Positions 17,667 to 27,682 of a stretch of DNA of 52,395 nt are shown in pieces (position 1 is the stretch's first letter; every line of letters begins with the position of its first letter). Where the stretch lies: the NCBI GenBank assembly GCA_033764015.1, contig JANRJK010000035.1, positions 1 through 52,395 of the forward strand, in the 5' to 3' direction. This DNA is from Candidatus Sumerlaeia bacterium. GTDB taxonomy: Bacteria; Sumerlaeota; Sumerlaeia; SLMS01; JANRJK01. Below the pieces are notes generated by a model. The model searched no databases and was not told the origin of the DNA. It was given only the letters and a program-made list of their open reading frames with translations. A program made the position numbers and the translations under genes.

Positions 17667-19721
17667 TCACCGGAAGCGGTAGACGGCGACGGGGCCCTCG
17701 GTGAGCAGCGGCTCGCCGAGGCCCCGCAGCCACCGCCGCACCAGGCGGACGCATTGCGCTTGGCGGGCCGCGAGGACGCCTTCCGCGGCTGTGCGTGGGG
17801 TGGCGCGCTGCGAATCGAACTCCGCGGACATCGCTTCGAACTTCGTGTAGTCCACGAGGACGTACTCCGGGGCGAAGCGCCCCTTGACCATCGAGTGGAG
17901 GGCGCCGGGCGTCCGTGCGGCGGCGGCCAGCTCGAACAGCGCGGGCGCCTGCAACGCGCCGTCCGCGATGCACACCGCCGGCGCCTGGAAGGTGTGGTTG
18001 TCGAACAGCATGAGGACCCGTGGCGGCTCGGGTCCGGCGTGGCGCTCCGCAAGCACCTCGAGCGCCACGAGACCGGGCGCATGGGGCCGCCAGAAGCCCT
18101 CCGGCGCCACGCGTCCGGCGATGATCGCCGCGTGCTCCCGCGCGAGCCCGGGGATGAAGCGGCCTATCGAGGCGAGCTCGAGGGCGGGCTCCGCCAGGAG
18201 CAGCGCCGCGAGGAGCCCGGCGGCGCGCGGGCCGCGGCGCTCGCGAAGGTAGCCGAGCAGCGCGGTCGTGCTCGCGCCGGCACCGACCAGAAGCAGCGGA
18301 AACACCGGGAAGAGGAAGCGGAGCTGCTGCGTGCCGAGGGCCCAGAGCGCGACACCCGCCCACCAGCCGGCGAGGCAGGGGACCGCCAGCGGGTGACGGC
18401 GCAGGCCGGGCAGCGGCACCGCCAGCAGCAGCAGCGTGGCGAGGACGCGCCCGTCGAAGCCGCCGCGCCCCGCGCCCCCCGCGTTCGCGAGCCGGACCGG
18501 GAGCAGCAAGTAGTCGAGCCAGCCACGCCCCGGGCCGACCCCGCGGAGCCACTCGGAGACGATCGCGAGCTGCGTCGCCGACAGACTGGGCGTCGGGAAG
18601 CCGGGCAGCGGCGCGGGATGCACCGGGTTGCCGAAATCGGCGAGGTTCCGGAGCGGCCAAGCGAGCGCGGCGAGCAGCGCGGCGGCGAGGAACGGCGCCA
18701 CCTCCGCGCGTTGGGGGAGGCGGCGCGCGGGGCTGAAAGCCCAGGCGAGCCCCAGCGGCAGGAGGATCGCGGCGCCGGTGTACTTCGCCCCGACAAGGTA
18801 GAAGCCGAGCACTCCGCCGAAGAGGGCGGCGCGCCGCGGCCGCTCCATTGTCCATGAGGACGCGAGCAACACCGCCGCGGGCCCTGAGGCCATGATCCAG
18901 TCGACGTAGCCGCTGCCCATCTGGAGGAGCAGCGGCACCGTCAGGACCGCGCCGAGGAGCGCCGCCGCGAGCGCCGTCCCCCCTCCCGCCCGCCGCGCCG
19001 CGAGCGCCGCCGCGCCGAGCGCCGCCACGCCGGGAATGAAGGCGACGAACTGTGCGACGACCGCGTCGCCGGTCCGGAACGCGAGGGCGTAGGGCAACTG
19101 GACGGAGGCGGGGAAGGCGAACTGGAAGGCGTGCCCGGAGGCCCGGAGCGAGCCGGACTCCGCCACGCGCCACGGAAAGGCGAAGTGGTAGGTCAGCGTG
19201 TCCCACGCGAGGGGCGGCGCCATGGCCAGGAATCCCCGGAAGGCGACCAGCGCGGCGGCGAGCACCACCGCGCCGCGCGCGGCGGGGTGCTCGCCGCGCC
19301 ACCACGCGGGGAGGCCGCGGGCGGCTTCGCCGAACGCGCGCAGGCCCGCGGGCGCGAACCACAGCAGCGCACCCTCCAGCGCGATCCACCCCGCGGGCGC
19401 GAGCAGCCCCGCCAACCCCAGCCACGCGATGGCGGTCCCGAAGGCGGCGTATCCGAGCAGCGCGGCCACGGCCAGGCGCTCGCCCGGCGGTGCGTCTCCG
19501 GGTCGCAGGAGGGCGAGCAGGCGCGCGCCGCACCCGGCGAACCCGAGGGCGAAGGCGGCGCCGAGCGATAGCCGCAGCACCGCGAGGGAGGGCTGGACCG
19601 GTCCGACGGGGCCATCCAGGACGCGCTCACCGCCCAGCGCCCAGCGCGCCGCGGCGTAGAGCGCCGCGGCGGCGAGCCACCAGTGCCAGGCGGCGGACGG
19701 GCGTGGCGCGCTGCGGTCCAT
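17667..19721 (-). CDS. Polytopic membrane protein, GT-C (ArnT/PMT-like) glycosyltransferase
   Basis: Many TMs; 'WDTLTYH', 'GYVD', 'GAKYTG', 'RN...GNPV', 'QQLRFLFP'. Confidence 0.65.
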   Translation of the reverse strand: MDRSAPRPSAAWHWWLAAAALYAAARWALGGERVLDGPVGPVQPSLAVLRLSLGAAFALGFAGCGARLLALLRPGDAPPGERLAVAALLGYAAFGTAIAWLGLAGLLAPAGWIALEGALLWFAPAGLRAFGEAARGLPAWWRGEHPAARGAVVLAAALVAFRGFLAMAPPLAWDTLTYHFAFPWRVAESGSLRASGHAFQFAFPASVQLPYALAFRTGDAVVAQFVAFIPGVAALGAAALAARRAGGGTALAAALLGAVLTVPLLLQMGSGYVDWIMASGPAAVLLASSWTMERPRRAALFGGVLGFYLVGAKYTGAAILLPLGLAWAFSPARRLPQRAEVAPFLAAALLAALAWPLRNLADFGNPVHPAPLPGFPTPSLSATQLAIVSEWLRGVGPGRGWLDYLLLPVRLANAGGAGRGGFDGRVLATLLLLAVPLPGLRRHPLAVPCLAGWWAGVALWALGTQQLRFLFPVFPLLLVGAGASTTALLGYLRERRGPRAAGLLAALLLAEPALELASIGRFIPGLAREHAAIIAGRVAPEGFWRPHAPGLVALEVLAERHAGPEPPRVLMLFDNHTFQAPAVCIADGALQAPALFELAAAARTPGALHSMVKGRFAPEYVLVDYTKFEAMSAEFDSQRATPRTAAEGVLAARQAQCVRLVRRWLRGLGEPLLTEGPVAVYRFR

Positions 19722-19819
19722 CGTCCGCCATGGCGCACCGTGCGGCGGCGCCGCCGCAAGCCCCCCGCGCGGTTGCGCTCCCGGAGCGCTCCTTGCATGG
19801 TGGAACGCGAGGTGACGCC

Positions 19820-20635
19820 ATGACCGCCGAAGCTCCCCCCCAGTTCCCGATGCCCTCCAGCGTTTACGGCCCCGTGAGGAGCTGGCGCCTCGGCAGCTCG
19901 CTCGGCATCGACCTGATCGTGCAGTCGAGCATCTGCAGCTTCAACTGCGTGTACTGCCAGCTCGGGCAGATCCAAGTCGTGACGCGCGAGCAGAAGGTCT
20001 ACGTGCCGACGGATCGCGTGGCGGCGGACCTCGCCGCGGTCGACTGGGCGGCGGTGGACGTCGTGACGTTCTCGGGCAGCGGCGAGCCGACACTCGCGCT
20101 GAACATCGGCGAGGTGATCGACCTGATCCACCGCCAGTACGGAAAGCCCACGATGATCCTGACGAACGCGACGATGCTGCGCGATGCCGCGACACGGGCG
20201 CGCGTGCTCGCGTCGGACACCATTTCCTGCAAGCTGGACGCGGCGGACGACGTGATGCTGCGGCGCTTCAACCGCGCGGCGGAGGGGGTTTCGCATGCCG
20301 ACATCGTCGCCGGGATCCGCGCGCTGCGGGCGGAGTACAACGGGCGGCTGGCGCTCCAGTGCATGTTCATGCCGATGAACATCGCGCAGGCGGAGGAGAT
20401 CGCCAAGCTGGCCGCCACGCTGGCGCCGGACGAGATCCAGGTGAACACCCCGCGGCGCCCGTACCCGAAGGCGTGGTACCTCGACTCCCGCGGCAACCAC
20501 TACGGCGATGCGCCGGTGGACACCGTGGCGTTGAAGACGATCACCGAGGAGCAGGCGGAGGAAGTGGAGCGGCTGATGCGCCACCACAATCCCGGCGCGG
20601 AGATCGTCAGCGTGTACCGCCGGGCGCCGAAGTAG
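19820..20635 (+). CDS. Radical SAM protein
   Basis: 'YGPVRSWRLGSSLGIDL', CSFNCVYC (CxxxCxxC), 'FSGSGEPTL'. Confidence 0.9.
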   Translation: MTAEAPPQFPMPSSVYGPVRSWRLGSSLGIDLIVQSSICSFNCVYCQLGQIQVVTREQKVYVPTDRVAADLAAVDWAAVDVVTFSGSGEPTLALNIGEVIDLIHRQYGKPTMILTNATMLRDAATRARVLASDTISCKLDAADDVMLRRFNRAAEGVSHADIVAGIRALRAEYNGRLALQCMFMPMNIAQAEEIAKLAATLAPDEIQVNTPRRPYPKAWYLDSRGNHYGDAPVDTVALKTITEEQAEEVERLMRHHNPGAEIVSVYRRAPK

Positions 20636-20644
20636 GCGCCCGCG

Positions 20645-23017
20645 CTACCGCGGCTGCCCGAGGAGGCGCCGGAGCTTCTCTCCGAGTTCCCTCCGCAGGA
20701 ACGGCTTTTCAATCCAGGCGAGGTGGCGGTCGCCCTGGTACTTGCGCATCAAGTCGGGCGCCGGAACGCCGGTCGCGATCAGCACCGGAGTGTCGATACC
20801 GAGGTGCCGGAGCGAGAGGTAGACCTGCTCGCCCGACATGCGCGGCATGCTCAAATCGAGCACCACGAGGCTGTAGAGCTCCGGGGCGTCGTCGAGGATC
20901 CCGAGCGCGTCCGCGCCATCGGTCACGCCCCGGGCCGAAAAACCAAGGCTTTCGAGCAAGCGCACCTGTGTCGCGAGGATCGGTGGCTCGTCGTCCACAA
21001 CAAGGGCGGCTCCTTCGCCCCGCCAGGAGTCGGACGGCGCGGGTGCTTGCTCCGCGGCCGACGCGGAGTGCTCCACCGCGCGGAGGCTCACGGTGAACCG
21101 CGTGCCTGCGCCCGGTGCGGATTCCGCTGCGATGCCTCCGCCGTGGCCACGTACCGCGCCGAGGACAGTGGCCAACCCAAGGCCGCGACCGGTGACCTTC
21201 GTGGTGAAGAACGGATCGAAGACGCGCGCGAGGGTCTCGGCGTCCATGCCGCAGCCGTTGTCGGTAACCTCGAGTTCGACATGTTCCCCCGGGTCGAGAC
21301 CCTTCGCCGGCCACACCTGCGGCGGTCCCGGCGCCTCGACAACGCGCCTGCGCACCGCGATTCGCACAACGCCGCCTTCGGGCGGGCACGCCTCCGAGGC
21401 GTTCACCGCCAGATTCAGCACGATCTGCTGGAGCTGCGCCGGATCGCCCTCCACCTCGGGGAGACCCGCGGCGATGTCGTACTCTAACGGGACCCGGCGC
21501 CCGGTGGACATGCCGAGGAGGGCGCCCATGGAGCGGACCATCGCGGCCAGGTCGACGCGCCGCCGCGATGCGGTGGTGCGCCCCGCGTAGGCGAGGAGTT
21601 GCGAGCAGAGGTCGCGCGCGCGCTCGGTCGCCTTGACCACCTCGCCGAGCAGTTCGGAACGGGCCATGCCCGCGCGCGCCAACTCGAACTCCAGCAGTTC
21701 CGTGTTCCCGAGGATCGCGGCGAGGAGGTTGTTGAAGTCGTGCGCGACGCCGCCGGCGAGGACGCCGAGGCTTTCGAGGCGCTGCGCCTGCTGCGTGCGT
21801 TCCTCGAGGGCTTGCCGGGCGCGCTCCGCCTCGAGCTGCGCGTGGATGTCCTGCGCCGACCCCACGACACCAAGGAACTCCCCGCTGTCCGAGAACCTCG
21901 GCACCGCGGACTCCTCGATCCACCGGTGCGCACCGGCCGCGGCGCACCAGAGGCGGTAGCGGAGTGTGAATGGTACGCGGTCGCGGACGGCGTCCATGAG
22001 CACGCGCTGCGCCTCGTCGTGGTCGTCCGGGTGGATCACGGACGACCAGCCCTCGCCGAGCTGCTCCTCGAGCGGCACCCCGGTGAAGGCGATCCAGCGC
22101 TGGTTGAAGTAGGTCGCCGCGCCCTCCGCGTCCACGAGCCAGATGAAGACCGGCGCGGAGTCGGCGAGGGCCCGGAAACGGGCCTCGCTCTCGCGGAGGG
22201 CAAGCTCCGTGCGGCGGCGCTCGGTGATGTCGCGGTTCACCGCGAGCGTGTAGCGCTTGCCGCCGATCAGGATCACCGTGGCGCCGGCGTCGAAGTGGCG
22301 GAGGCTGCCGTCCGGGAGCCGGTGCGTGACGTCGAAGCGCCCGAAGCCCGTCCGCCTCAGCGCCTCGAAGCGCTCCGAAACGAGGTGCCGGTCCGATTCG
22401 TCGTCGAGTTCGCCGATCATCCTTCCGACGAGTTCATCGGCGGAAGTCCCCCGCATGGCACCCGCCGCATGGTTCGCCGCGACGATCCGCCCTTCATCCT
22501 CCGGCTCCGCGCAGAGCAGGAAGACCGGGTCGCGGTGGTGCGTGAAGACGGTGCGGTAGAGCTCCTCGCTGCGATGGAGCGCGGACCGGATCTCGAAGAT
22601 CGCCGTGACGTCCTGGACGGCCCCGACCATGCCGACGGCGGCTCCGCCCTCGATGATCGGACGGCCGATCGACCTCACGCGGGTGCGCTCGCCGTTGGCG
22701 GCGACGATCACCGCCTGCAAGTCCCAGCCCTCTCCCGTGGCCCTCGCCCTCGCGACGGCGGCGGCATGCGAATCGCGCGATTCCCCTTCCTCGAAGTAGG
22801 CGAGCACCTCCTCCACCTTCGGCACCTCGCCCTCGGGCAGGCCGAAGATCGCGAACACCTCGCGGGTCCAGACCGGGCGCTCGGCGTCGAAGCGCCACTC
22901 CCAGCCCCCGAGGCGGGCCATCTCCGCGGCGAGCGCGAGGAAGCTCTCCTGGCGCTCGACGCGCCGCAGGAGATCCTCCAGGTCGTGGACCCGCTGCCTC
23001 AGCTCCCCAGTTTCCAA
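20645..23017 (-). CDS. Multi-PAS hybrid sensor histidine kinase with receiver domain
   Basis: Three PAS/PAC segments, 'GVAHDFNNLL', 'DNGCGM', 'FFTTK..GRGLGL', 'LVVDDE', 'LDLSMP'. Confidence 0.93.
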   Translation of the reverse strand: METGELRQRVHDLEDLLRRVERQESFLALAAEMARLGGWEWRFDAERPVWTREVFAIFGLPEGEVPKVEEVLAYFEEGESRDSHAAAVARARATGEGWDLQAVIVAANGERTRVRSIGRPIIEGGAAVGMVGAVQDVTAIFEIRSALHRSEELYRTVFTHHRDPVFLLCAEPEDEGRIVAANHAAGAMRGTSADELVGRMIGELDDESDRHLVSERFEALRRTGFGRFDVTHRLPDGSLRHFDAGATVILIGGKRYTLAVNRDITERRRTELALRESEARFRALADSAPVFIWLVDAEGAATYFNQRWIAFTGVPLEEQLGEGWSSVIHPDDHDEAQRVLMDAVRDRVPFTLRYRLWCAAAGAHRWIEESAVPRFSDSGEFLGVVGSAQDIHAQLEAERARQALEERTQQAQRLESLGVLAGGVAHDFNNLLAAILGNTELLEFELARAGMARSELLGEVVKATERARDLCSQLLAYAGRTTASRRRVDLAAMVRSMGALLGMSTGRRVPLEYDIAAGLPEVEGDPAQLQQIVLNLAVNASEACPPEGGVVRIAVRRRVVEAPGPPQVWPAKGLDPGEHVELEVTDNGCGMDAETLARVFDPFFTTKVTGRGLGLATVLGAVRGHGGGIAAESAPGAGTRFTVSLRAVEHSASAAEQAPAPSDSWRGEGAALVVDDEPPILATQVRLLESLGFSARGVTDGADALGILDDAPELYSLVVLDLSMPRMSGEQVYLSLRHLGIDTPVLIATGVPAPDLMRKYQGDRHLAWIEKPFLRRELGEKLRRLLGQPR

Positions 23018-23162
23018 CGGCTAGGCCACCCATTCCGCCCACTGGGCAATGGCGAATTCGGACAAGCAACCCGCGGCGGATATAGCCAACCACGCGGGCT
23101 CGGAGTTCGCAACCGGGATCGTGTTTCTGGAGGTGATGCGCGGGGGCTCGCGCGTTCGGCGG

Positions 23163-24464
23163 TCAGCTGGTCTCCGCCGCGGTCTTCGCAACCGAGGCGC
23201 AGGATACAGGGGGGGAAAGGAGCGCACCCAGCTCCATCCCGGCGGGGATCGCATCGTCGAACTTGAGCAGGTGCCCCATCTTCATCGCCTTCGCGCGCAG
23301 GTACGCCTCGTTCCAAGGCGTGTTGCCCACCTGGATCGGCACGCGGTCCACAATTTCGACGCCGAAGCCGGAGATGCCGACGATCTTCTTGGGGTTGTTC
23401 GAGAGGATTCGGATGCGCTTCAGGCCGAGGTCCGCGAGGATCTGCACGCCGATGCCGTACTCGCGCAGGTCGGCGGGATAGCCGAGAGCGAGGTTCGCCT
23501 CGACCGTGTCCATTCCCTGCGCTTGCAGGTTGTAGGCTTCCATCTTCGCGCGCAGGCCGATGCCGCGCCCCTCGTGGTCCATGTAGACGATCACGCCGTG
23601 GCCCTCGCGGGCGATCGACTCCATGGCGTTCATGAGCTGGGGGCCGCAGTCGCAGCGGAACGACAGCAGCGTGTCGCCGGTGAAGCACTTCGAGTGCACG
23701 CGGATCAGCGCGGAGTCCTGCTTCTCCGGCTCGCCGAGCACCAGGACGATGATCTCCTCGCGGTTCAGCGTGTTCTCGTAAAGGTGCATGGTCCACAGCC
23801 CGAAGGGGTTGGGGATCTGCGTCGAGACCAGGCGGCGCACCAGCTTCTCGTTCGCGGTGCGGTAGGCGATGAGGTCGCGGATCGTGAGGATCACAAGGCC
23901 GTGCTGCTCGGCTACTTCTTCGAGCTGCGGCAGCCGCGCCATGGTGCCGTCGTCGTTGAGGATTTCGCACAGGACGCCGACCGGGGGCAGCCCGGCGAGC
24001 CGCGCGAGGTCCACGGCGGCCTCGGTGTGTCCGGCTCGGACCAGCACACCGCCGGCCTTCGCCTCGAGCGGGAAGATGTGGCCCGGGCGCAGCAGGTCGT
24101 CGGGCGTGGTCTCCGGCTCGACGAACTTGTGGATCGTGAGCGCGCGGTCCGCCGCCGAGATGCCGGTCGAGACGCCCTTCGCGTCGACGCTGACCGTGAA
24201 GTTGGTGCCGTGCGGCGCGGTGTTGCGGCGCACCATCGGTTCGAGGTCCAGCTCTGCGAGGCGGTCCGACGGCGCCGGGACGCAGATCAGGCCGCGCCCG
24301 TGCTTCGCCATGAAGTTCACAGTCTCCGGCGTGATCGCAGAGGCGGCCATGATGAAGTCGCCTTCGTTCTCGCGGTCCTCGTCGTCCACGACGATGATGA
24401 TGCGGCCCTTGCGGATTTCCGCGATGGCCTGCTCGACGGTGGCGATGTGGCTGCTGGTGGTCAC
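23163..24464 (-). CDS. ribBA: Bifunctional DHBP synthase / GTP cyclohydrolase II
   Basis: DDEDRENEGD, RPGHIFPL, GHTEA, RVHSKCFTGD, RCDCG, EGRGIGL. Confidence 0.97.
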   Translation of the reverse strand: MTTSSHIATVEQAIAEIRKGRIIIVVDDEDRENEGDFIMAASAITPETVNFMAKHGRGLICVPAPSDRLAELDLEPMVRRNTAPHGTNFTVSVDAKGVSTGISAADRALTIHKFVEPETTPDDLLRPGHIFPLEAKAGGVLVRAGHTEAAVDLARLAGLPPVGVLCEILNDDGTMARLPQLEEVAEQHGLVILTIRDLIAYRTANEKLVRRLVSTQIPNPFGLWTMHLYENTLNREEIIVLVLGEPEKQDSALIRVHSKCFTGDTLLSFRCDCGPQLMNAMESIAREGHGVIVYMDHEGRGIGLRAKMEAYNLQAQGMDTVEANLALGYPADLREYGIGVQILADLGLKRIRILSNNPKKIVGISGFGVEIVDRVPIQVGNTPWNEAYLRAKAMKMGHLLKFDDAIPAGMELGALLSPPVSCASVAKTAAETS

Positions 24465-24514
24465 GGGTGGCACCTCATTCCTTGCGGCGACCTTGGGCAA
24501 GGCGCGTGCCCGCG

Positions 24515-25696
24515 TCAACGGGGGGCGGGGGCCCCGCGGAGTGCCGACTTGATCCAGCCGCCGCCGAGCACGCGGTCCTCCCCGTCGTAGAAGACCACAG
24601 CCTGGCCCGGGGCGACGGCGGGCTGCGGCTCGTCGAAGCGCGCCCGCACCAGGTCCGCGTCGCCGGTCGGCTCGACGACACCCCACGCGGGTTCGTGCCG
24701 GTGCCGGATGCGGATCCGCGCCCGGACCGGTTCCTCCAGCCCCGCGAGCCCCATCCAGTTGAGCCCGTCCGCCTCGAGGCCCGGGAAGAGCGCCTCCTCC
24801 CGCGAACCCACCACGACGACATTGAGCGCGGGATCGAGCGCGACCACGTAGAGCGGCTCGCCGCCGGAGAGCCCGAGGCCGCGGCGCTGGCCGACGGTGT
24901 AGAAGGGAAGGCCCTCGTGCTCGCCGAGCACCTCGCCGCGCGTGGTGACGATTTGGCCGCGGGGCATGGCGAGCCCCTGCGCGGCGAAGCGCTCGCGGAG
25001 GAACGCGCGGTAGTCGTTCGAGGGGATGAAGCAGATTTCCTGCGACTCGGGCTTGTCCGCGGTGGGGAGGGCGCCTTCGCGGGCGCGGGCGCGGACCTCG
25101 TCCTTGGTCATCTCGCCGAGCGGCAGCACGAGGCGCGCGAGCTGCTGCTGCGTGAGGCCGTACAGGTAGTACGTCTGGTCCTTGCGGCGGTCGTGGGGGA
25201 TCTGGAGCGTCCAGCGCCCGGTCTCCGGCTGGCGCACCTTGCGGGCGTAGTGCCCCGTCGCGACGTACTCGCAGCCCCAAAGCGCGGCCTTCTCGAGCAG
25301 CAGGCCCAGCTTCACGTGGTTGTTGCAGAGCACGCAGGGGTTCGGCGTGCGTCCGCCGAGGTAGGCGCGGATGAATGGGTCGATCACGTCGCGCTCGAAA
25401 GACGCCTCGACGTCGAGCGCGTAGAAGGGGAAGTCGCCACGCTCGGCGCAGGAGCGCGCATCCTTGGCGTCCACCGGCGAGCAGCACGTCTTGATCGCGG
25501 CGCCGCGGGCCACTTCCTCCGGCGTCAGGCGGTGCGTGCGCATGTTGACGCCGATGATGTCGTGGCCGCGCTCGCGCAGGAGGAGCGCCGCGAGCGAGGA
25601 GTCGACGCCGCCGCTCATGGCGACGAGGACGCGCGCCTCCCGGGGCGGGAGGCCGTCGGCGTCGAGCGTGTCGTGGACGGAGGGGGCGGCGTGCAT
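24515..25696 (-). CDS. mnmA: tRNA 2-thiouridine(34) synthase
   Basis: AMSGGVDSS, TPNPCVLCN, ATGHYA, KDQTYYL, ESQEICF, TVGQRRG, PGQAVVFY. Confidence 0.97.
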   Translation of the reverse strand: MHAAPSVHDTLDADGLPPREARVLVAMSGGVDSSLAALLLRERGHDIIGVNMRTHRLTPEEVARGAAIKTCCSPVDAKDARSCAERGDFPFYALDVEASFERDVIDPFIRAYLGGRTPNPCVLCNNHVKLGLLLEKAALWGCEYVATGHYARKVRQPETGRWTLQIPHDRRKDQTYYLYGLTQQQLARLVLPLGEMTKDEVRARAREGALPTADKPESQEICFIPSNDYRAFLRERFAAQGLAMPRGQIVTTRGEVLGEHEGLPFYTVGQRRGLGLSGGEPLYVVALDPALNVVVVGSREEALFPGLEADGLNWMGLAGLEEPVRARIRIRHRHEPAWGVVEPTGDADLVRARFDEPQPAVAPGQAVVFYDGEDRVLGGGWIKSALRGAPAPR

Positions 25697-25814
25697 CGCG
25701 TTGACGTTACGCCGCGGGGGCTCCCCCGCGCAAGCGCGGCGGCGCTCCGCCGTTGACGGAAGCGCGCCCTCCGGCGCACGGTGCGTCGTTGGCGATTCTC
25801 CGAGGGGGCGGCGC

Positions 25815-26933
25815 ATGGGCTACGACATGCCGGAACCGGGCGGTCCACCGATCCGCACCGGGGCGCCCCGCGTCGTCGACTACGGCAGAGTCCAGCCCCC
25901 CGTGATCGAGGCCGTCGGCGACGGGCCCAAGCGCGCTGTGCGCGTGCGCTCCCGGGATCCGGAGCCGGAGTTCGTGACGCCGCTCGGCGAGGACGCCCCC
26001 GGCTTCGTCCGCCGCATCGGTCTGCGGCTACTCAACCGCCAGCTCTGGACCGGCGAGCCGCGCTTCAACCCGGTGTACGTCTACGTCGCGTCGCGGCGCC
26101 ATGGCGGGCGGATCGAGGACGTGCTTGGGCTGACGCCGTGGGTGCTGCTCGGCGTGGCGATGATCGTGCTCTTCCTGCTCAAGCCCGCCGGAGCCGGAAA
26201 CCGGATCGCGCTTTATGGCGGGCTGGCGGTTCCGCTCCTCGCGCTGCTGGCGACGGTGTCCGCCGTGGCGTTCCACCTGCGCGGCACCATCGCCTCCGTT
26301 CCCTTCGACGAGCTGTTCCTGACACGCCTCAAGCCGGAGGAGATCGTGCAGGGGCTGCTGGTGCGTCCGCTTTCGGTGCAGCACGCGGGCGTGGCGATGT
26401 TCGCGGTGCTGCACGGCGTGCTGGGGGTGTGGGCCGCCGTGGACGAGTGGGGCCTCCGCGCCGGCGGATTGCTGAGCGGCGCGCTCGCGGTCGCGGTGTC
26501 GACGCTGCTCCTGTTCCTCGGCACGGCGATCAACGAGATGGCCGCGGCGCAGTCGATCCGCGCGCAGCTCTTCATCCGCGCGCCGCTGGTGGCGTGGCTG
26601 CGTTCCGCCGTGGAGGGTCTCGTGGTCGTGGTGGGGACGATGCTGCTCATGCTGGTCGGCCTGGTGCTGGTGAGCGCGACGTGCCTGGTGCTGCTGGCCG
26701 TTCCGGCGTTCTTCGTGCTCGGCGCCGGCTTCGAGCGATTCATGCTCCGGGCCCACGACGCCATCCGCTGGTCGGTGCGGTTCCGCAACTGGTGGTGGGC
26801 GGCGCGCCCCGAGGGAATGCCCGAGTACGTCGGCGAGATCGTCTGGCCCAATTGGACGAGGCTCGAGGAGAAGCTCTGCGAGCTGAACGGCTGGGAGCGC
26901 TCGCGGACGCTCGGCTTCTACCGGGACAAGTAG
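25815..26933 (+). CDS. Hypothetical polytopic membrane protein
   Basis: About 6 hydrophobic segments; 'ELFLTRLKPEEIVQG' resembles an ABC-2 permease loop. Start 25815 or 25827. Confidence 0.6.
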   Translation: MGYDMPEPGGPPIRTGAPRVVDYGRVQPPVIEAVGDGPKRAVRVRSRDPEPEFVTPLGEDAPGFVRRIGLRLLNRQLWTGEPRFNPVYVYVASRRHGGRIEDVLGLTPWVLLGVAMIVLFLLKPAGAGNRIALYGGLAVPLLALLATVSAVAFHLRGTIASVPFDELFLTRLKPEEIVQGLLVRPLSVQHAGVAMFAVLHGVLGVWAAVDEWGLRAGGLLSGALAVAVSTLLLFLGTAINEMAAAQSIRAQLFIRAPLVAWLRSAVEGLVVVVGTMLLMLVGLVLVSATCLVLLAVPAFFVLGAGFERFMLRAHDAIRWSVRFRNWWWAARPEGMPEYVGEIVWPNWTRLEEKLCELNGWERSRTLGFYRDK

Positions 26934-27682
26934 TCCGCGGGAACCGGCAGCTCGCTGGCGGACCCCTCCGCGAGGTCCCCCAGCTCCCACTGCCCGACTC
27001 GGATGCGGACGAGCTGCTCGACGTGGGAGCCTTCGCGCTCGACGAGGCGGCGGATCTCGCGCTTGCGCCCTTCGCGCAGGACGACGCGGAGGAGCTGCGG
27101 GCGCCCTTTCTCCGGCGGCGACAAGACCTGCGCTTCCGCGTGGAGCACCACGGTGCCGGACGGCGCCCGCTCCTCGGGGTAGGCGGGCACCTCGACGCCG
27201 CGCGCCCACTCCGCGAGCGCCGCGCGGGAAACCGCGGGGCGCGCCCAGACCTCGTACTCCTTCTCGACTTCGTGCCGCGGATGCGTGAGCCGCTCCGCCA
27301 GCGCGCCGTCGTTCGTGAGAAGCAGCAGCCCCTCGCTGTCGCGGTCGAGCCGTCCGATCGCGATGATGCGCTCCGACTCGCGCCAGAGCCAGGCGGGCAG
27401 CGCGTCGCGGAGCGTGCGCTCGGCGTGGGCGTCGTCGAAAGTGCAGGTGACGCCCGGCGGCTTGTGGTAGGCCCAGAGGCGCGGTGCCGACGCGGCGGGC
27501 GGGAGGACCGGTTTCCCGCGCAGCGCGATGGTGTCGTTGCCCGGGTCGACGGAGCAGCCGATCTCCGCGACGACGCCGTTAACTGTGACGGCGCCTTCGC
27601 GGATCAGGTCTTCGCAGGCGCGGCGCGAGCCGATGCCGCAGGCGGCGAGGTGTTTCTGGAGTCGGACGTGGGGCTCTGTCAT
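26918..27682 (-). CDS. rRNA pseudouridine synthase (RsuA/RluB family)
   Basis: S4 domain 'RLQKHLAACGIGSRR', GRLDRDSEGLLLLTNDG, EGRKREIRR. Confidence 0.93.
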   Translation of the reverse strand: MTEPHVRLQKHLAACGIGSRRACEDLIREGAVTVNGVVAEIGCSVDPGNDTIALRGKPVLPPAASAPRLWAYHKPPGVTCTFDDAHAERTLRDALPAWLWRESERIIAIGRLDRDSEGLLLLTNDGALAERLTHPRHEVEKEYEVWARPAVSRAALAEWARGVEVPAYPEERAPSGTVVLHAEAQVLSPPEKGRPQLLRVVLREGRKREIRRLVEREGSHVEQLVRIRVGQWELGDLAEGSASELPVPADYLSR